A DNA stretch of 64,000 nt from a virus: positions 5,221 to 69,220 of IMG/VR virus record IMGVR_UViG_3300028844_003967; one strand, 5' to 3'. Position numbers and translations under genes: made by a program. Below, piece after piece: positions 24,805 to 35,503 of the stretch; within the stretch, counting starts at the first letter, position 1, and every line of letters begins with the position of its first letter. The notes below the pieces were generated by a model that saw only the letters and a program-made list of their open reading frames with translations, was not told the DNA's origin and searched no databases.

Positions 24805-25022
24805 TTGTAGAAAGAATATCAGAAACAATGTTTACTATTGACGGAGAATTGGCTGAGCTGTATGAAGGGAGATTAGAATTTTCCAATGGTCAAGAAATAA
24901 CTTACTATCAGTTTAGAGCTGTTCAAGAGTTTTTAGATATAGAAGAAAATGATCTTCGTAACTTAGCGCATAGAAAAGTAGTAAGACTACTTGCTGAGTT
25001 AGGTATTAAAAGAGAAAAGTAA
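24801..25022 (+). CDS. Hypothetical protein
   Basis: 73-aa ORF with ATGA overlap. Confidence 0.55.
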   Translation: MIVERISETMFTIDGELAELYEGRLEFSNGQEITYYQFRAVQEFLDIEENDLRNLAHRKVVRLLAELGIKREK

Positions 25023-25026
25023 AGTA

Positions 25027-25569
25027 ATGTTTAACGAGCTTATTGAAATAGATAAAGAAGGTAATGTATTTATTCAAGATGATTCTATTGCCTTAATGCC
25101 AAAACTATGGGCTGTCTATAAAGACAAGTATGGTGGAAGTAAAATGGTAAGATGGATTGTGTCAATGGATGATTACAAGTCTCCATTTCGTAGATTACCT
25201 GAAGAAGAACGTTCTGAAAGATTGACAATGAATATATTTGGAAAGAGAACATTAAGAAGAACTACTGAAAAACTTGTTACAGAAGCAAGGCACGAATATA
25301 AAATGTTACAGTTTGACCCTATGGTTGATCAGTACAATGCAATGAGTGAGCAAATGTTTCTTATGACTCAAGTATTTAAGTCTATGAAACCTTCTAAAGA
25401 TAATTTAGCTGATTTAAATGATATGCAAGTAAAAATGCAAAAAGCAGCAGAAGCACGAGAGAAGCTTAAAACAATGATTATTAAAGACCAAGATTCTGAT
25501 TCTAAAATTAAAGGTACAGGTTCAGATGATTTCTCAATATTTGAAAACGAACAAAGATTAGAAGATTGA
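25027..25569 (+). CDS. Conserved protein upstream of terminase (possible small terminase subunit)
   Basis: Helical 180-aa ORF overlapping the terL start; function inferred from synteny only. Confidence 0.5.
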   Translation: MFNELIEIDKEGNVFIQDDSIALMPKLWAVYKDKYGGSKMVRWIVSMDDYKSPFRRLPEEERSERLTMNIFGKRTLRRTTEKLVTEARHEYKMLQFDPMVDQYNAMSEQMFLMTQVFKSMKPSKDNLADLNDMQVKMQKAAEAREKLKTMIIKDQDSDSKIKGTGSDDFSIFENEQRLED

Positions 25570-27521
25570 TATCAGCACAAAAATATTCGCCAGTACTATT
25601 TGATAAAAGTATTAATAAGTTTGAAAGCTTTAGAACAGATAGTATAGAGTATTCACAATTTTGGAGAACTCAAAAGGATAGAATATTAAATGGCTACAAA
25701 CCCAATGGAGGTGTTTGGATTCCGGGTAATTATTATTTCTATTTAAACTTTTCTAAAATACATGGATTAAACCCAGGTGCAAAACGTAAAAGCATGATAT
25801 CTCCATTGTATCGTGACCAAGACCACGAGTACTATCAGGAAGTTCATGAAGCTAAAGAAAACGGTAGAGGAATTATTGTTTTAAAAGCAAGGCGTAAGGG
25901 GTTTTCTTTCATGAATGCCAATATACTTCTGCATGAATGGACTTGCTTTCCTCATTCTGAAAATGGATTAGGAGCGCAGAAAGAAGATTACGTACAAGAT
26001 TTTAGAAAAAAGATGTTACTATCGTATAACGAGCTACCACCTCAGTTTAGAAATAAGATACTTCACAACAATGAGGAAATCTTTATGTCTGGATATAAAG
26101 AAAAGGAGAATGGTATATGGATGGAGAGAGGAACTAAGTCTATGATTCACTTTAGGGTAATGGAAAAGCCAAATGCTTTTAGGGGTACTTCACTTAACTT
26201 TATGGTATTTGAAGAAGCTGGTGAGTTTTTAAAGCTTAAACGTTCTTTTGAATCTTCTGAAGATTGTTTTAAAGAAGGTGATGTATTTTTTGGTACACCT
26301 ATTATTGGTGGAACTTCTAACAACATGGAGATTGAGAGTGATGATTATATGGAAATGTTTTATAATGCTGAACGATATAATCTAAAACCTGTATTTATTA
26401 AAGCTTCTAAAGTCTTTGGTAGTTTCTTTGATATGAGTACCGGCAAGTCTGATGTTAAAGGTGCTGAAGAATATGTAATGGCTGAAGCTCAGCGTAGGAA
26501 AGAATCAGGTGATTTACAAACTTACTATTCTTACTTACAAGAAAATCCTTTAGAAGTAGAACATGCTTTCTTTAAGTCTGGTGCTACTCCATTTGATTTA
26601 AATAAAATCAATACTCAGATAGGCAATATCATGACTAATAAGAATTTTGATATTGTTAAAAAGGGAAGATTAGATTGGCCGAAAAATAAGGATGGTAAAA
26701 CTGTATTTGGAGGAAAGCCAATATGGGTAGATGATGATGGTAGCTTAGATGCTAATGACATAAATAAAGAAATGTTTCCGTTTGAGATGATTGAAAGACC
26801 ATTAGATGGAATTAAAAATGCTCATGTTGCTGCAGTCGATCCTTATCATATTGATGATGAGTTAGAAGAAATGAAGAAAGGTGGTAAGGTAGATAATAAG
26901 TCTAAAGGTTCAATGTGTGTATATAGAAGGTTTGTCGATACTAATACTGTATGTGAACTACCAGTTGCATTTTATACAGACAGACCTTATTCAAAAGAAG
27001 CTTTTTATGAGAACTGTTTAAAGATGTGTATTTATTATGATTCAAGAATATTAGTTGAATACAATGATGATGGTTTTTTAAAGTACTTTATTAAGAATAA
27101 AATGCAGAGATATCTAAAAGAACGACCACGTTCTGCTGATTCTCCAAATAGTAAAGCTACTAACAAGTATGGGGTACATATGAAATCATTTCAAAAGAAA
27201 CTACTTACAGAGCTTGTAGATGAATATGTTAAAAAACATCATGAAGATATTTACTTCTTGAAACTTTTAAATGAACTTGCAGTATATGGTAAACAAAACA
27301 CAGATAGGGTAATGTCTTTTGGTATGGCTCTTATTCATTCTATGGATGCTGAAAGAAAGGTTTACGATGAAAAAGAAGATGAAGAAGCAGAAAAAATGTT
27401 TATTCCTCATTTTGGTAGAAAAAACGATGGCACTATAGTGTCTATTCATAGAGATACGGACGGTAACTTGCAGAAGTCAAGAAGAAGTCCTAATTTTGAT
27501 TACGATTTTAGTGATGATTAA
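25566..27521 (+). CDS. terL: Terminase large subunit
   Basis: Walker A VLKARRKGFS, Walker B MVFEEAG, nuclease motifs AAVDPY and DRVMSFG. Confidence 0.93.
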   Translation: MISAQKYSPVLFDKSINKFESFRTDSIEYSQFWRTQKDRILNGYKPNGGVWIPGNYYFYLNFSKIHGLNPGAKRKSMISPLYRDQDHEYYQEVHEAKENGRGIIVLKARRKGFSFMNANILLHEWTCFPHSENGLGAQKEDYVQDFRKKMLLSYNELPPQFRNKILHNNEEIFMSGYKEKENGIWMERGTKSMIHFRVMEKPNAFRGTSLNFMVFEEAGEFLKLKRSFESSEDCFKEGDVFFGTPIIGGTSNNMEIESDDYMEMFYNAERYNLKPVFIKASKVFGSFFDMSTGKSDVKGAEEYVMAEAQRRKESGDLQTYYSYLQENPLEVEHAFFKSGATPFDLNKINTQIGNIMTNKNFDIVKKGRLDWPKNKDGKTVFGGKPIWVDDDGSLDANDINKEMFPFEMIERPLDGIKNAHVAAVDPYHIDDELEEMKKGGKVDNKSKGSMCVYRRFVDTNTVCELPVAFYTDRPYSKEAFYENCLKMCIYYDSRILVEYNDDGFLKYFIKNKMQRYLKERPRSADSPNSKATNKYGVHMKSFQKKLLTELVDEYVKKHHEDIYFLKLLNELAVYGKQNTDRVMSFGMALIHSMDAERKVYDEKEDEEAEKMFIPHFGRKNDGTIVSIHRDTDGNLQKSRRSPNFDYDFSDD

Positions 27522-27534
27522 ATTATATTAATAT

Positions 27535-29733
27535 ATGGAGTTTCCAAGACAGAATATTCCCGAATCTCAAAAAGATGAGGAATGGCACATGAATACAGTT
27601 GATGCTATTATTTCACAAAGCAGACAGAATACGAGATACTTGTCAACAAGAAAAAATGACCACGAGAATTATCTAATTGTAAATGGAGACTTTGATAACA
27701 AGCAGTTTGAGTATGTTACTGACATGTATGGTATTACAGCTCCTGCAAGATTAGTAAATTATCCAATTATACTTCCTAAACTTGATTTACTTGCTGGTGA
27801 ATTAATATCACAACCATTACAATACACTGTAAATGTAGTAAACAGAAATGCTATTCGTAGAAAAAACGAAAAGCGAACTCAGATTGCAGCTGAAGTTATA
27901 CTCAAGCCTATTCGTAGAGAAATAGAAAAAGTAATAGGTATGCCTCTTCCAGATGAAGATTTAGGTGCTGAAATTCCTGAAGATGTAGATGCTTATACTA
28001 AAATGAACTTTCGTGACCATGTAGAAGAAATGGTTTATACGGGTCTTTCGTATTGCTCACAAAAATGGGGATTAGACCAAGTGTTTAAAAGAGGATTTTA
28101 TGATTTAGGAATTACCGGTAAAGAGTTTTACAGAGTAATGTTAAAAAATGGTGATCCTTATGTAGAGCGTTGTGACCCAAGGTCAATGCTTTATGATATA
28201 GATTCAGATAAAGAAAATATTAAAGATTCTAAATATGCTGGTGTAGATAATTGGTACACAGTTAATGAAATACTTGATACTTACAATCTTTACTTAAATA
28301 AAGAGCAAATTAATGAGATTGAAGAATTAGAACAACAAGATACTGCTTGGTATCAGGAACAAAACTCTCAATACGATAATTATACTTTTGCTAATGGAGA
28401 GTCAATGAAGGTTCGTGTAGTTGATGTTCAATGGCGTTCATTTAGGTCTGTTAAATATAAAGTATCTCCAAATAAATATGACCCTTCTATTGATTATCAT
28501 AAAAGAGTTAAAGATAATTATAAAGCTAAAAAAGGAGAGAAGATTGTTACTAAAGTAACTAATGATGTTCGACAAGCTGTTAAAATTGGTCATAATATTC
28601 TTATTAAATGGGGTAGGAAGCCTAATCAAATAAGATACGAAGAAAATTATTCTAATACTTCATTAGATTTCTTTGGTGCAATTAGAAATAACTTTAATGG
28701 ACAAACATTGTCTGTAGTAGATTCTCTTAAAAATATACAAATACTTTATAACATAGTAATGTATCAAATAGAACTTGCACTTGCAAGGTCAGGTTCTAAA
28801 GCTATTGTATATGATGTTTCTCAGAAACCTAAGAATGTACCATTAGAAGATGTAATGTATCATGCTAAAAACTCTGGTCTTATTCTTATAAATTCTCGTC
28901 AAGAAGGCATGAGTAACTTTAATCAATTTCAATCTATTGATTTTACGCTATCTCAATCAGTTGCTCAAATGACTAATTTAAAAATAATGCTTGAAGATAC
29001 TGCTGATAAACTTACAGGAATATCAGCTGCTCGTGCCGGGGTAACTAAGTCAGGAGATTTAGTAGGGGTTACAGAAAGAAATGTAATGCAGTCTACATTA
29101 ATTACTGCTCCATTATTTGATTTACATTATAACCTTGTTGGAGATGTATTGCAAGGTCTATGTGCTTTAATGAAGCCAGCATGGGGAATGGAAGGTCGTA
29201 TGGCTAATATATTTGGAGATATGGGTATGCAAACCTTTAAAATTGACAAATCTATTGCTTTGGACGAGTATGGTATCTTTGTTGAGAATAGTGGTAGAGA
29301 AGTTCAACGTAAACAATCTATGTTGGCTTTAATGGATAGATATGCTTCGTCAGGTAACTTAGATCCTATGGCTGCAATTAAAGCTGTAAATGCAGACAAT
29401 GCTACTGAAGTAGAATCAGTATTAGTTCAAGGTCTTGAAGCAGTTCAAGCTGCATCTCTTGATATGGAACAACAGCAAATGGCTTTACAAGAACAGACTA
29501 ATCAAATAAATGCTGAGAAAACTGCTGTTTCTGTTAAAGTTGCTCAAATTAAAGCTGAAGCTGATATTGAAGTTCAGAGAATGAAAAATGAAGCAGATGG
29601 TATAATTGGTGATGCTGAACGTCAGCATAAAGAAGATATGCAAGGTGCTGAAAGAAAGGCTAAATTAGATGAAGCTATGTTAATGGCTTCTGGTGAAGAA
29701 ATGCAAGAAAACAATGAAGCATCTGAAATGTAA
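27535..29733 (+). CDS. Portal protein (crAss-like)
   Basis: 732 aa after terL; FPRQ start, NYPII.PK..LL.GE, GVTER...QS..IT, Gln-rich helical C-terminus. Confidence 0.88.
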   Translation: MEFPRQNIPESQKDEEWHMNTVDAIISQSRQNTRYLSTRKNDHENYLIVNGDFDNKQFEYVTDMYGITAPARLVNYPIILPKLDLLAGELISQPLQYTVNVVNRNAIRRKNEKRTQIAAEVILKPIRREIEKVIGMPLPDEDLGAEIPEDVDAYTKMNFRDHVEEMVYTGLSYCSQKWGLDQVFKRGFYDLGITGKEFYRVMLKNGDPYVERCDPRSMLYDIDSDKENIKDSKYAGVDNWYTVNEILDTYNLYLNKEQINEIEELEQQDTAWYQEQNSQYDNYTFANGESMKVRVVDVQWRSFRSVKYKVSPNKYDPSIDYHKRVKDNYKAKKGEKIVTKVTNDVRQAVKIGHNILIKWGRKPNQIRYEENYSNTSLDFFGAIRNNFNGQTLSVVDSLKNIQILYNIVMYQIELALARSGSKAIVYDVSQKPKNVPLEDVMYHAKNSGLILINSRQEGMSNFNQFQSIDFTLSQSVAQMTNLKIMLEDTADKLTGISAARAGVTKSGDLVGVTERNVMQSTLITAPLFDLHYNLVGDVLQGLCALMKPAWGMEGRMANIFGDMGMQTFKIDKSIALDEYGIFVENSGREVQRKQSMLALMDRYASSGNLDPMAAIKAVNADNATEVESVLVQGLEAVQAASLDMEQQQMALQEQTNQINAEKTAVSVKVAQIKAEADIEVQRMKNEADGIIGDAERQHKEDMQGAERKAKLDEAMLMASGEEMQENNEASEM

Positions 29734-29744
29734 TAAAAAATTTA

Positions 29745-29752
29745 TATATTTG
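29745..29752 (+). promoter_or_regulatory. TAnnTTTG -7 promoter element
   Basis: TATATTTG in the portal/scaffold intergenic gap. Confidence 0.5.
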
Positions 29753-29777
29753 TATTAAACATAATACCATATAAGAT

Positions 29778-30899
29778 ATGTCAGAAGAAGTAAAAGATGG
29801 TGATGTAAGTGGTGAAACAAAAGAGTTTGACCCAAGTGCATTCGGTAGTGGGATAGTTGAAACAGTAGAAAATAATACTGAAGAAACTCCTGAAATTGCA
29901 ACAAATGAATCGTCAGAAGATTCATCTAAAGTAACAAATAGTGAAGATAATGATGATGAATCATTTGATTGGTCTAATAGTTATAAAGATGATAATACTG
30001 ATAATACTGAAGAAGAAAAAAGTGAGGTAGAAGATTCAAGTGCTAATGAAAATAATGACAATACAGAAACAGAAGTATTGTCAGAAAATAATAATACAGA
30101 TGCGGATAAGGATATAGAAAAAACTCCTTCTGTGTTTGATGGTTCTTTGACAGATGAACACTTTTCTGCATTTGCAGATGAGTTAGGAATAAAAGCTACA
30201 AGTATGACAGAGCTTAAAGATGCTATGTTAAAACTTGAAGAAGATAACAAAAGACTTCAACAAAATGCAGGAAGTAATGTAACTAATAAGAAAATTGATT
30301 CGTTACAAGGTTATCTAAAATTAGATGACAAAGAATTGTTACAAAAAGATTTAGAGGCTCAGGGCTTTAAAGGAGATCAACTCCAAGAAGCAATAGATAC
30401 TCTACAAGATAATGGGATGCTCAAAGTAGAAGCTACTAAAGTTCGTAATGCGATAAATGGTAGTATTGAAAATGAACGTTCTGCAATAACACAAGGTGCT
30501 CGTGACGAAGATGCAAAGCAACTAAAGGAACGAGAAGAAAGTGTTAAAGCTCTAAATACTTATATATCTAATCAAACAGAAATGTTTGGTTTTAAGATGG
30601 CTAAGGATGAAGAAACACTTGTAAAGGTTAGAGATAGCCATCACAAGTATATTACAAGTGGTAATTTTTTAAAAGATATTACCAAAAATAATGAAAGTTT
30701 AGCGGAAAGCGCTTGGCTGTGGAAGAATCGAGAAACACTGCTAAAAGCTGCCCGTAACGGAGGGTTACAACAAGGACGTTCTGAAATTTTAAATGATTTG
30801 CACAATCCAGATACCGACAAAGGTAAAGGATTTGTTAGCCCTGACGGTAAGGGTGAATTTAATGTAAGTCAATTTAGAGGTTCAGCGAATAAGAAATAA
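29778..30899 (+). CDS. Putative scaffolding/head assembly protein
   Basis: Highly acidic disordered N-terminal half and coiled coils; between portal and capsid. Confidence 0.65.
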   Translation: MSEEVKDGDVSGETKEFDPSAFGSGIVETVENNTEETPEIATNESSEDSSKVTNSEDNDDESFDWSNSYKDDNTDNTEEEKSEVEDSSANENNDNTETEVLSENNNTDADKDIEKTPSVFDGSLTDEHFSAFADELGIKATSMTELKDAMLKLEEDNKRLQQNAGSNVTNKKIDSLQGYLKLDDKELLQKDLEAQGFKGDQLQEAIDTLQDNGMLKVEATKVRNAINGSIENERSAITQGARDEDAKQLKEREESVKALNTYISNQTEMFGFKMAKDEETLVKVRDSHHKYITSGNFLKDITKNNESLAESAWLWKNRETLLKAARNGGLQQGRSEILNDLHNPDTDKGKGFVSPDGKGEFNVSQFRGSANKK

Positions 30900-30927
30900 A
30901 AATGTTGTATAATTTAAAATTAGAAAA

Positions 30928-32301
30928 ATGAAATACCATTCAGGTACATATGGTAAGGAAACCATCGAGTCTAATTCGTTAGTTGCGAATTTACTTAAAT
31001 ATCCAGAAATTGCTAAAACGTTAATTCGTCAATACCCACAATATTCTCTTAACTATTTTGTAGACGGTACAAGCCGATTTGCAAAAGAAGAGTTAATTGG
31101 AGAAAATGCTTTTAGATGGCCTATTATTGGACGTTTAAATCGACCATCTACATTAACTGGTGTTAGTGTTGGAACAGGAGTAGGTGTAGCTTCTTTTACA
31201 TTTGAAACAGAAGAAAACTATTTAAATCCTAACGATATTGTAAGATTTAAATCAGGTAGACAAGCAATCATTATGTCAGAGCCTATTGCTTCTGCAGGTG
31301 GTTACACATTTACAGCTAAATTACAGACTAACGATTTAACATTAGCTTTATTAGCTTCTGATGTTGTTGCCGGTCTTACAGTTAATACTGCTGGTAGTGC
31401 TTTCCCTGAAGGTTCAGAAAGAGGTTACGAAAATCACGTTTACCCAGATTGGTACATCAATCACATTGGTATTAACAGAAAGTCTAAATCTATTACAGGT
31501 TCAGCTCTTACTGATATTACTTGGATTGAGAACAACGGTCAACGTCTATGGTACTTTACTGACCAAGACATGATGATGGAAGAGTTCTATTACCAAAAAG
31601 AACTTGATTCTTGGTATAGTACTTCTACTATGGATGCTAACGGAAATTCATTAGTATTTGGAAATGACGGTAAGCCTATCGTTAAAGGAGATGGTATCTT
31701 GAGACAAATTGATGCTGCCAATGTTGATACTTACAATGGTACATTAACTGAAAAAAGATTAACTGACTTCTTAGCACAATTATCTCTTAACACAGGAGTT
31801 AAGTCTGCACATTGGTTAGTATTTACTGGAACTGGTGGTAGAGTTGCTTTTCACGAAGCTATGAAAGATTTAGTTTACCCTTCAGGTAACTTAATCTACG
31901 ATGCTGAAATTGGAAAAGAGCAAGAAATAGGTGTAAACTTTACTACTTATAATGCTTTAGGTCACAGAATGACATTGGTTGAAAACCCATTGTTTGATGA
32001 TCCTAACTTACATGGTAATGACATTGACCCAGTTAGTGGTTATCCTAAAGAGTCGTTCAGAATGGTATTCTTAAACTTCGGTCACACTAACGGTGTTTCT
32101 AACATTGAAAGAAAAGTGAAAGGAGCAGGTGGAATTAACAGAGGAATGATTGTTAAGTATATCGCTGGTATGGTTGACCCATTTGACCAAAAATCAATGA
32201 AAGCTGCAAACTCTCGTGATAGCTTCACTTGTGAAGTATTATGTGAGTCTGGAATTATTGTAAGAAACCCATTGTCTTGTGGACAGTTGGTATTTGCATA
32301 A
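30928..32301 (+). CDS. Major capsid protein (crAss-like)
   Basis: 457 aa; FPEGSERG, KGDGILRQI, VFTGTGG..AF, NPLFDD and GIIVRNPLSCG motifs; synteny. Confidence 0.88.
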   Translation: MKYHSGTYGKETIESNSLVANLLKYPEIAKTLIRQYPQYSLNYFVDGTSRFAKEELIGENAFRWPIIGRLNRPSTLTGVSVGTGVGVASFTFETEENYLNPNDIVRFKSGRQAIIMSEPIASAGGYTFTAKLQTNDLTLALLASDVVAGLTVNTAGSAFPEGSERGYENHVYPDWYINHIGINRKSKSITGSALTDITWIENNGQRLWYFTDQDMMMEEFYYQKELDSWYSTSTMDANGNSLVFGNDGKPIVKGDGILRQIDAANVDTYNGTLTEKRLTDFLAQLSLNTGVKSAHWLVFTGTGGRVAFHEAMKDLVYPSGNLIYDAEIGKEQEIGVNFTTYNALGHRMTLVENPLFDDPNLHGNDIDPVSGYPKESFRMVFLNFGHTNGVSNIERKVKGAGGINRGMIVKYIAGMVDPFDQKSMKAANSRDSFTCEVLCESGIIVRNPLSCGQLVFA

Positions 32302-32347
32302 TTCTAACACTGTTTTAAAATAATTGTTAATCCAATAAAAAGTAAAG

Positions 32348-33052
32348 ATGGAAAAGATAAGTAAAGCAGAAGTTAAAAGTCTATTAGTAGATGCACCAAC
32401 TTCTGGATTCGCAGAAATTATATTAAAAGACCCAAAGAGAACGGGTTCAATAGTTCTTAGAGATTATCACTTAACGGATGATGAGGGCGCACGCTCTCAT
32501 CGTCCTTTTGTTGATAAAGAAGGTAATCATAGGATTATAAAAATAACGAAGAAGAAAAAGCTTAATTTAACTTATGATAATGATAGGTTAGAATATATGC
32601 AAGCTAAACTTCATCCTATTTTTACAGAAGGTCCAACGCCTATTCTTATTGTTGTAAACAAGGAAGAAGAGGCTAATGATTTTATTATTGAAAAAGATTT
32701 AGAAGCTAAAGTTAATGGAGTAATTCAAAAACTTAATGGTTCTGAACTTAGAAAATTTGCTCGTGTGTTGCTTCTTAAAGTAAATGAAGGTTCTACTGAT
32801 GCTGCTGTTAAAAGAGCAGTATATGAAAAAGCTGAATTAGAGCCTATAATGGTTCTTGAAGCTTGGGAAGATCCTGAAAGACCTTTAAAGGAATTAATTA
32901 GAGCTGGTGTAACAAAGAAAGTGTTTACTTCAAAAAATGGTCGTTGGTCATGTGAAGGTGCTTTATGTGGTACATCATTTGAAACAACGCTTGAGTGGTT
33001 AAAAGAGAATGAAGATTTATTACCTAAATTACGTAAACAGATATTTAAATAA
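32348..33052 (+). CDS. Conserved virion protein downstream of the capsid gene
   Basis: Synteny with the crAss-like capsid block; C-terminal G..CG.SFE....WLK..ED motif. Confidence 0.6.
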   Translation: MEKISKAEVKSLLVDAPTSGFAEIILKDPKRTGSIVLRDYHLTDDEGARSHRPFVDKEGNHRIIKITKKKKLNLTYDNDRLEYMQAKLHPIFTEGPTPILIVVNKEEEANDFIIEKDLEAKVNGVIQKLNGSELRKFARVLLLKVNEGSTDAAVKRAVYEKAELEPIMVLEAWEDPERPLKELIRAGVTKKVFTSKNGRWSCEGALCGTSFETTLEWLKENEDLLPKLRKQIFK

Positions 33053-33055
33053 GAT

Positions 33056-33694
33056 ATGACTTTACTTGAGTGGCACGAAACAGCAGATTTATTAATTGAC
33101 AAAGCTGATGCACCGTATTTTAATAGTACGGAAAAAGACAGATTTTTTAATTTATCTCAAGTTGAATTTGTTGAAACTCGATATGGTCAATTTGAATTTA
33201 ATGAAAGACGTAGAAAGGAGTTAATACCTTTAGTTAGAGTATCTACTGCTGTTACAGCAAATATAATTAATCTTGATGCTATAACTGATTTTCTTTTTAT
33301 ATTAAACCTAAGAGGGGTTTTTTCTGATGGTTGTGGTGGAGAAATGAATAAAAGAATATCTCCAATTAAGTTAGATACTGAAGGAGGAAATGACAATGAC
33401 CCTTTTAATAGACATGATAACGGTAACCCTGGTTATACTGAATATAATAATAATACTAATAACATAGTAGAAATTAAATCAGAAACAGACCCGATTAGCA
33501 TTTCAATGAAGTATTTAAAATTACCTCGTAATGTTTTTTTAGATGAAACAGTTCCGGCTAATACTATTGAGTCAGAAATGCCTCAAGGAACACATGAGGA
33601 AATTATAAATATTGCAGTTAGAAAAATGTTGTTTACAGTTCAAGATCAACTTGGTTATCAATTACAAGCAAACGAAATAAATCAACAAGAATAA
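33056..33694 (+). CDS. Head-tail ring/adaptor protein
   Basis: E.D.FFN.SQ..F, YLKLP and SEMP..THEEII.IAV motifs. Confidence 0.7.
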   Translation: MTLLEWHETADLLIDKADAPYFNSTEKDRFFNLSQVEFVETRYGQFEFNERRRKELIPLVRVSTAVTANIINLDAITDFLFILNLRGVFSDGCGGEMNKRISPIKLDTEGGNDNDPFNRHDNGNPGYTEYNNNTNNIVEIKSETDPISISMKYLKLPRNVFLDETVPANTIESEMPQGTHEEIINIAVRKMLFTVQDQLGYQLQANEINQQE

Positions 33695-33705
33695 CACTAT
33701 AAGTT

Positions 33706-33981
33706 ATGGCAAAGAAACAAAAATACAATAGTATGGAGGACTTATCAGATATGAAAGTATCTGAATTGAAAGCTATTGCTCCAGAATTTGATGTAAAAAT
33801 TTCTAAAAAAATGAGGAAAGCTGATATAATAAAAGCTATCTTTGATTCAAAGTATAATGTATTTATTGATGCTGATGCTCCTTCTAAGGCTAATTCTGTT
33901 AAGATAGAAAAACCTAAAGAAGTAAAACCAGTATTTAAAAAACTTGTTAAAGTTCATAAATACAGAAAAAACTTTCAATAG
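33706..33981 (+). CDS. Rho-N/HeH-like small nucleic-acid-binding protein
   Basis: LSDMKVSELKAIA.EFDV....KMRKADIIKAI. Confidence 0.65.
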   Translation: MAKKQKYNSMEDLSDMKVSELKAIAPEFDVKISKKMRKADIIKAIFDSKYNVFIDADAPSKANSVKIEKPKEVKPVFKKLVKVHKYRKNFQ

Positions 33982-34043
33982 AATTTAACAAGCTTGAAAT
34001 GACTCAAGCCTTAAATATATATAAATAAATAAAAAATAAAGAT

Positions 34044-34736
34044 ATGTCGCAAAACGCAGGACGTAATTATTTTGCACTAATAGCTGAGGGTTATACTCCA
34101 GCATTAGCAGCAGATGGAACCATTGACCTAACGCCGGGTTACGTAGTTCCAAAAACATCATTAGTTAAGGCGCTTTTTGTTGCTCCAAACCCTGGAACAG
34201 CTGGTAATTTAGAATTTACATTTGCAGGTACTTATGTAGTTGGAGATATGATTCGATTGACTATTACTTCAAACTTGACTAATCGTCAACAATGGAGAAA
34301 GTCTTATGTTTACGAAGTTGTATCTGGAGATACAGTAACAGATATTGCAGCAGCATTTGCAGCATTAATCTCTGCTGATGATGGAGAAAATTCTCCTTAC
34401 GCATCTGCAACTAATCTTGCTGGTGTTCTTACTGTTACTCAAAAAGGTGATGATAAGAGAGGTTTGGTTGGTTATGAATATACTGATTCAGCTGCCGGAA
34501 CTATAGTTCTTGTTTCAACTTTAACAGTTTATTCAGAAGGGCAACCTGATGATTTACTAGATAAAGGTATTCCAGCTGACCAAATCGGAACTGGTCCTTA
34601 CGATACTGTTCGTATTGCTGCTAATCCAGAAGCTGCAATTCCATTTATTGATGCAGTTGGTGCAGTAGCAAAAGAAATCTATTGGTTTGGTACTCCAGGT
34701 GAAGGAGCTCCTTTAGAAACGTTGATTAATTCATAA
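34044..34736 (+). CDS. Putative structural (auxiliary capsid/decoration) protein
   Basis: Ala/Gly/Thr-rich beta-type protein with its own terminator; TxTDIAAAFAALI motif. Confidence 0.55.
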   Translation: MSQNAGRNYFALIAEGYTPALAADGTIDLTPGYVVPKTSLVKALFVAPNPGTAGNLEFTFAGTYVVGDMIRLTITSNLTNRQQWRKSYVYEVVSGDTVTDIAAAFAALISADDGENSPYASATNLAGVLTVTQKGDDKRGLVGYEYTDSAAGTIVLVSTLTVYSEGQPDDLLDKGIPADQIGTGPYDTVRIAANPEAAIPFIDAVGAVAKEIYWFGTPGEGAPLETLINS

Positions 34737-34759
34737 TCAATAATTAATTTTGGTTTATC

Positions 34760-34793
34760 AAAAAGGGTGATGGCAGTGTCATCACCCTTTTTT
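34760..34793 (+). terminator. Intrinsic terminator
   Basis: AAAAAGGGTGATGGCAGTGTCATCACCCTTTTTT. Confidence 0.8.
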
Positions 34794-34804
34794 ATTTTTA
34801 TATT

Positions 34805-35503
34805 ATGGCAACATTAGATGAATACGCATACAATATTAGGAACATAGCACGTTCAGGTCAAGGTAACTCTGATGATGATTTATTAAGAATTAAACAAGTT
34901 AAGTTTTGGATTCAATATTATAGAGCTAAAGGAATTGAGATATTAACAGATATGGGTAAGCATATTGACCCACAACTTGTTCAAGATTTAGGTATTCTAA
35001 AATTAGAAGAAGTAGATAAAGCTGATAGTGCTTGTCCAGCGGTTAGTTGGGGATGTAAAATTCAAAAAGTTACTTTACCTAAATTTGCATCATTCCCTAA
35101 AAATAGAGCAATTATATTTATTGGAAAAATAGATAAACAAACTCCTTTAGATTATAATAAGGCTGATGTAAATAAATTTAAATCAGCTACAAGGTTTGGT
35201 AATTTAAGAAGTAAGGTATATTTAATTGGCAATACTGCATATGTAGAACTTATAGAAGCCGATGCTGATATGTGTTATATAAATGTTCGTGGTGTTCTTG
35301 AAGATCCAACTAAAGCAAATTATTATCCTCAAGCTGGTTGTGAAGCTGTTTGTTGGAACGATGGTAAAGATGAATATCCTTTGCCTATGAGTCTTTATAC
35401 TTATGTATTAGAAAATATACTGCAAAAAGAATTAAATTGGACTACACAAGCTGTAAACGATGAACTAAATAATGCAAGACAAGATAACCAAAAGCTTAGA
35501 TAG
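34805..35503 (+). CDS. Tail ring protein
   Basis: MATL.E..Y.I, QDLG.L.LEEVD, INVRGVLEDP and EYPLP motifs typical of crAss-like ring proteins. Confidence 0.7.
   Translation: MATLDEYAYNIRNIARSGQGNSDDDLLRIKQVKFWIQYYRAKGIEILTDMGKHIDPQLVQDLGILKLEEVDKADSACPAVSWGCKIQKVTLPKFASFPKNRAIIFIGKIDKQTPLDYNKADVNKFKSATRFGNLRSKVYLIGNTAYVELIEADADMCYINVRGVLEDPTKANYYPQAGCEAVCWNDGKDEYPLPMSLYTYVLENILQKELNWTTQAVNDELNNARQDNQKLR

Noticed and set aside
29900-30130. Apparent tandem repeat (GATAAT/GAAGAA-rich)
   Set aside because: Low-complexity coding for an acidic Asp/Asn/Glu linker; no discrete repeat unit.
25566-32301. Introns or inteins in terminase, portal or capsid genes
   Set aside because: ORFs are continuous and of normal length; no homing-endonuclease or intein splice motifs were seen.
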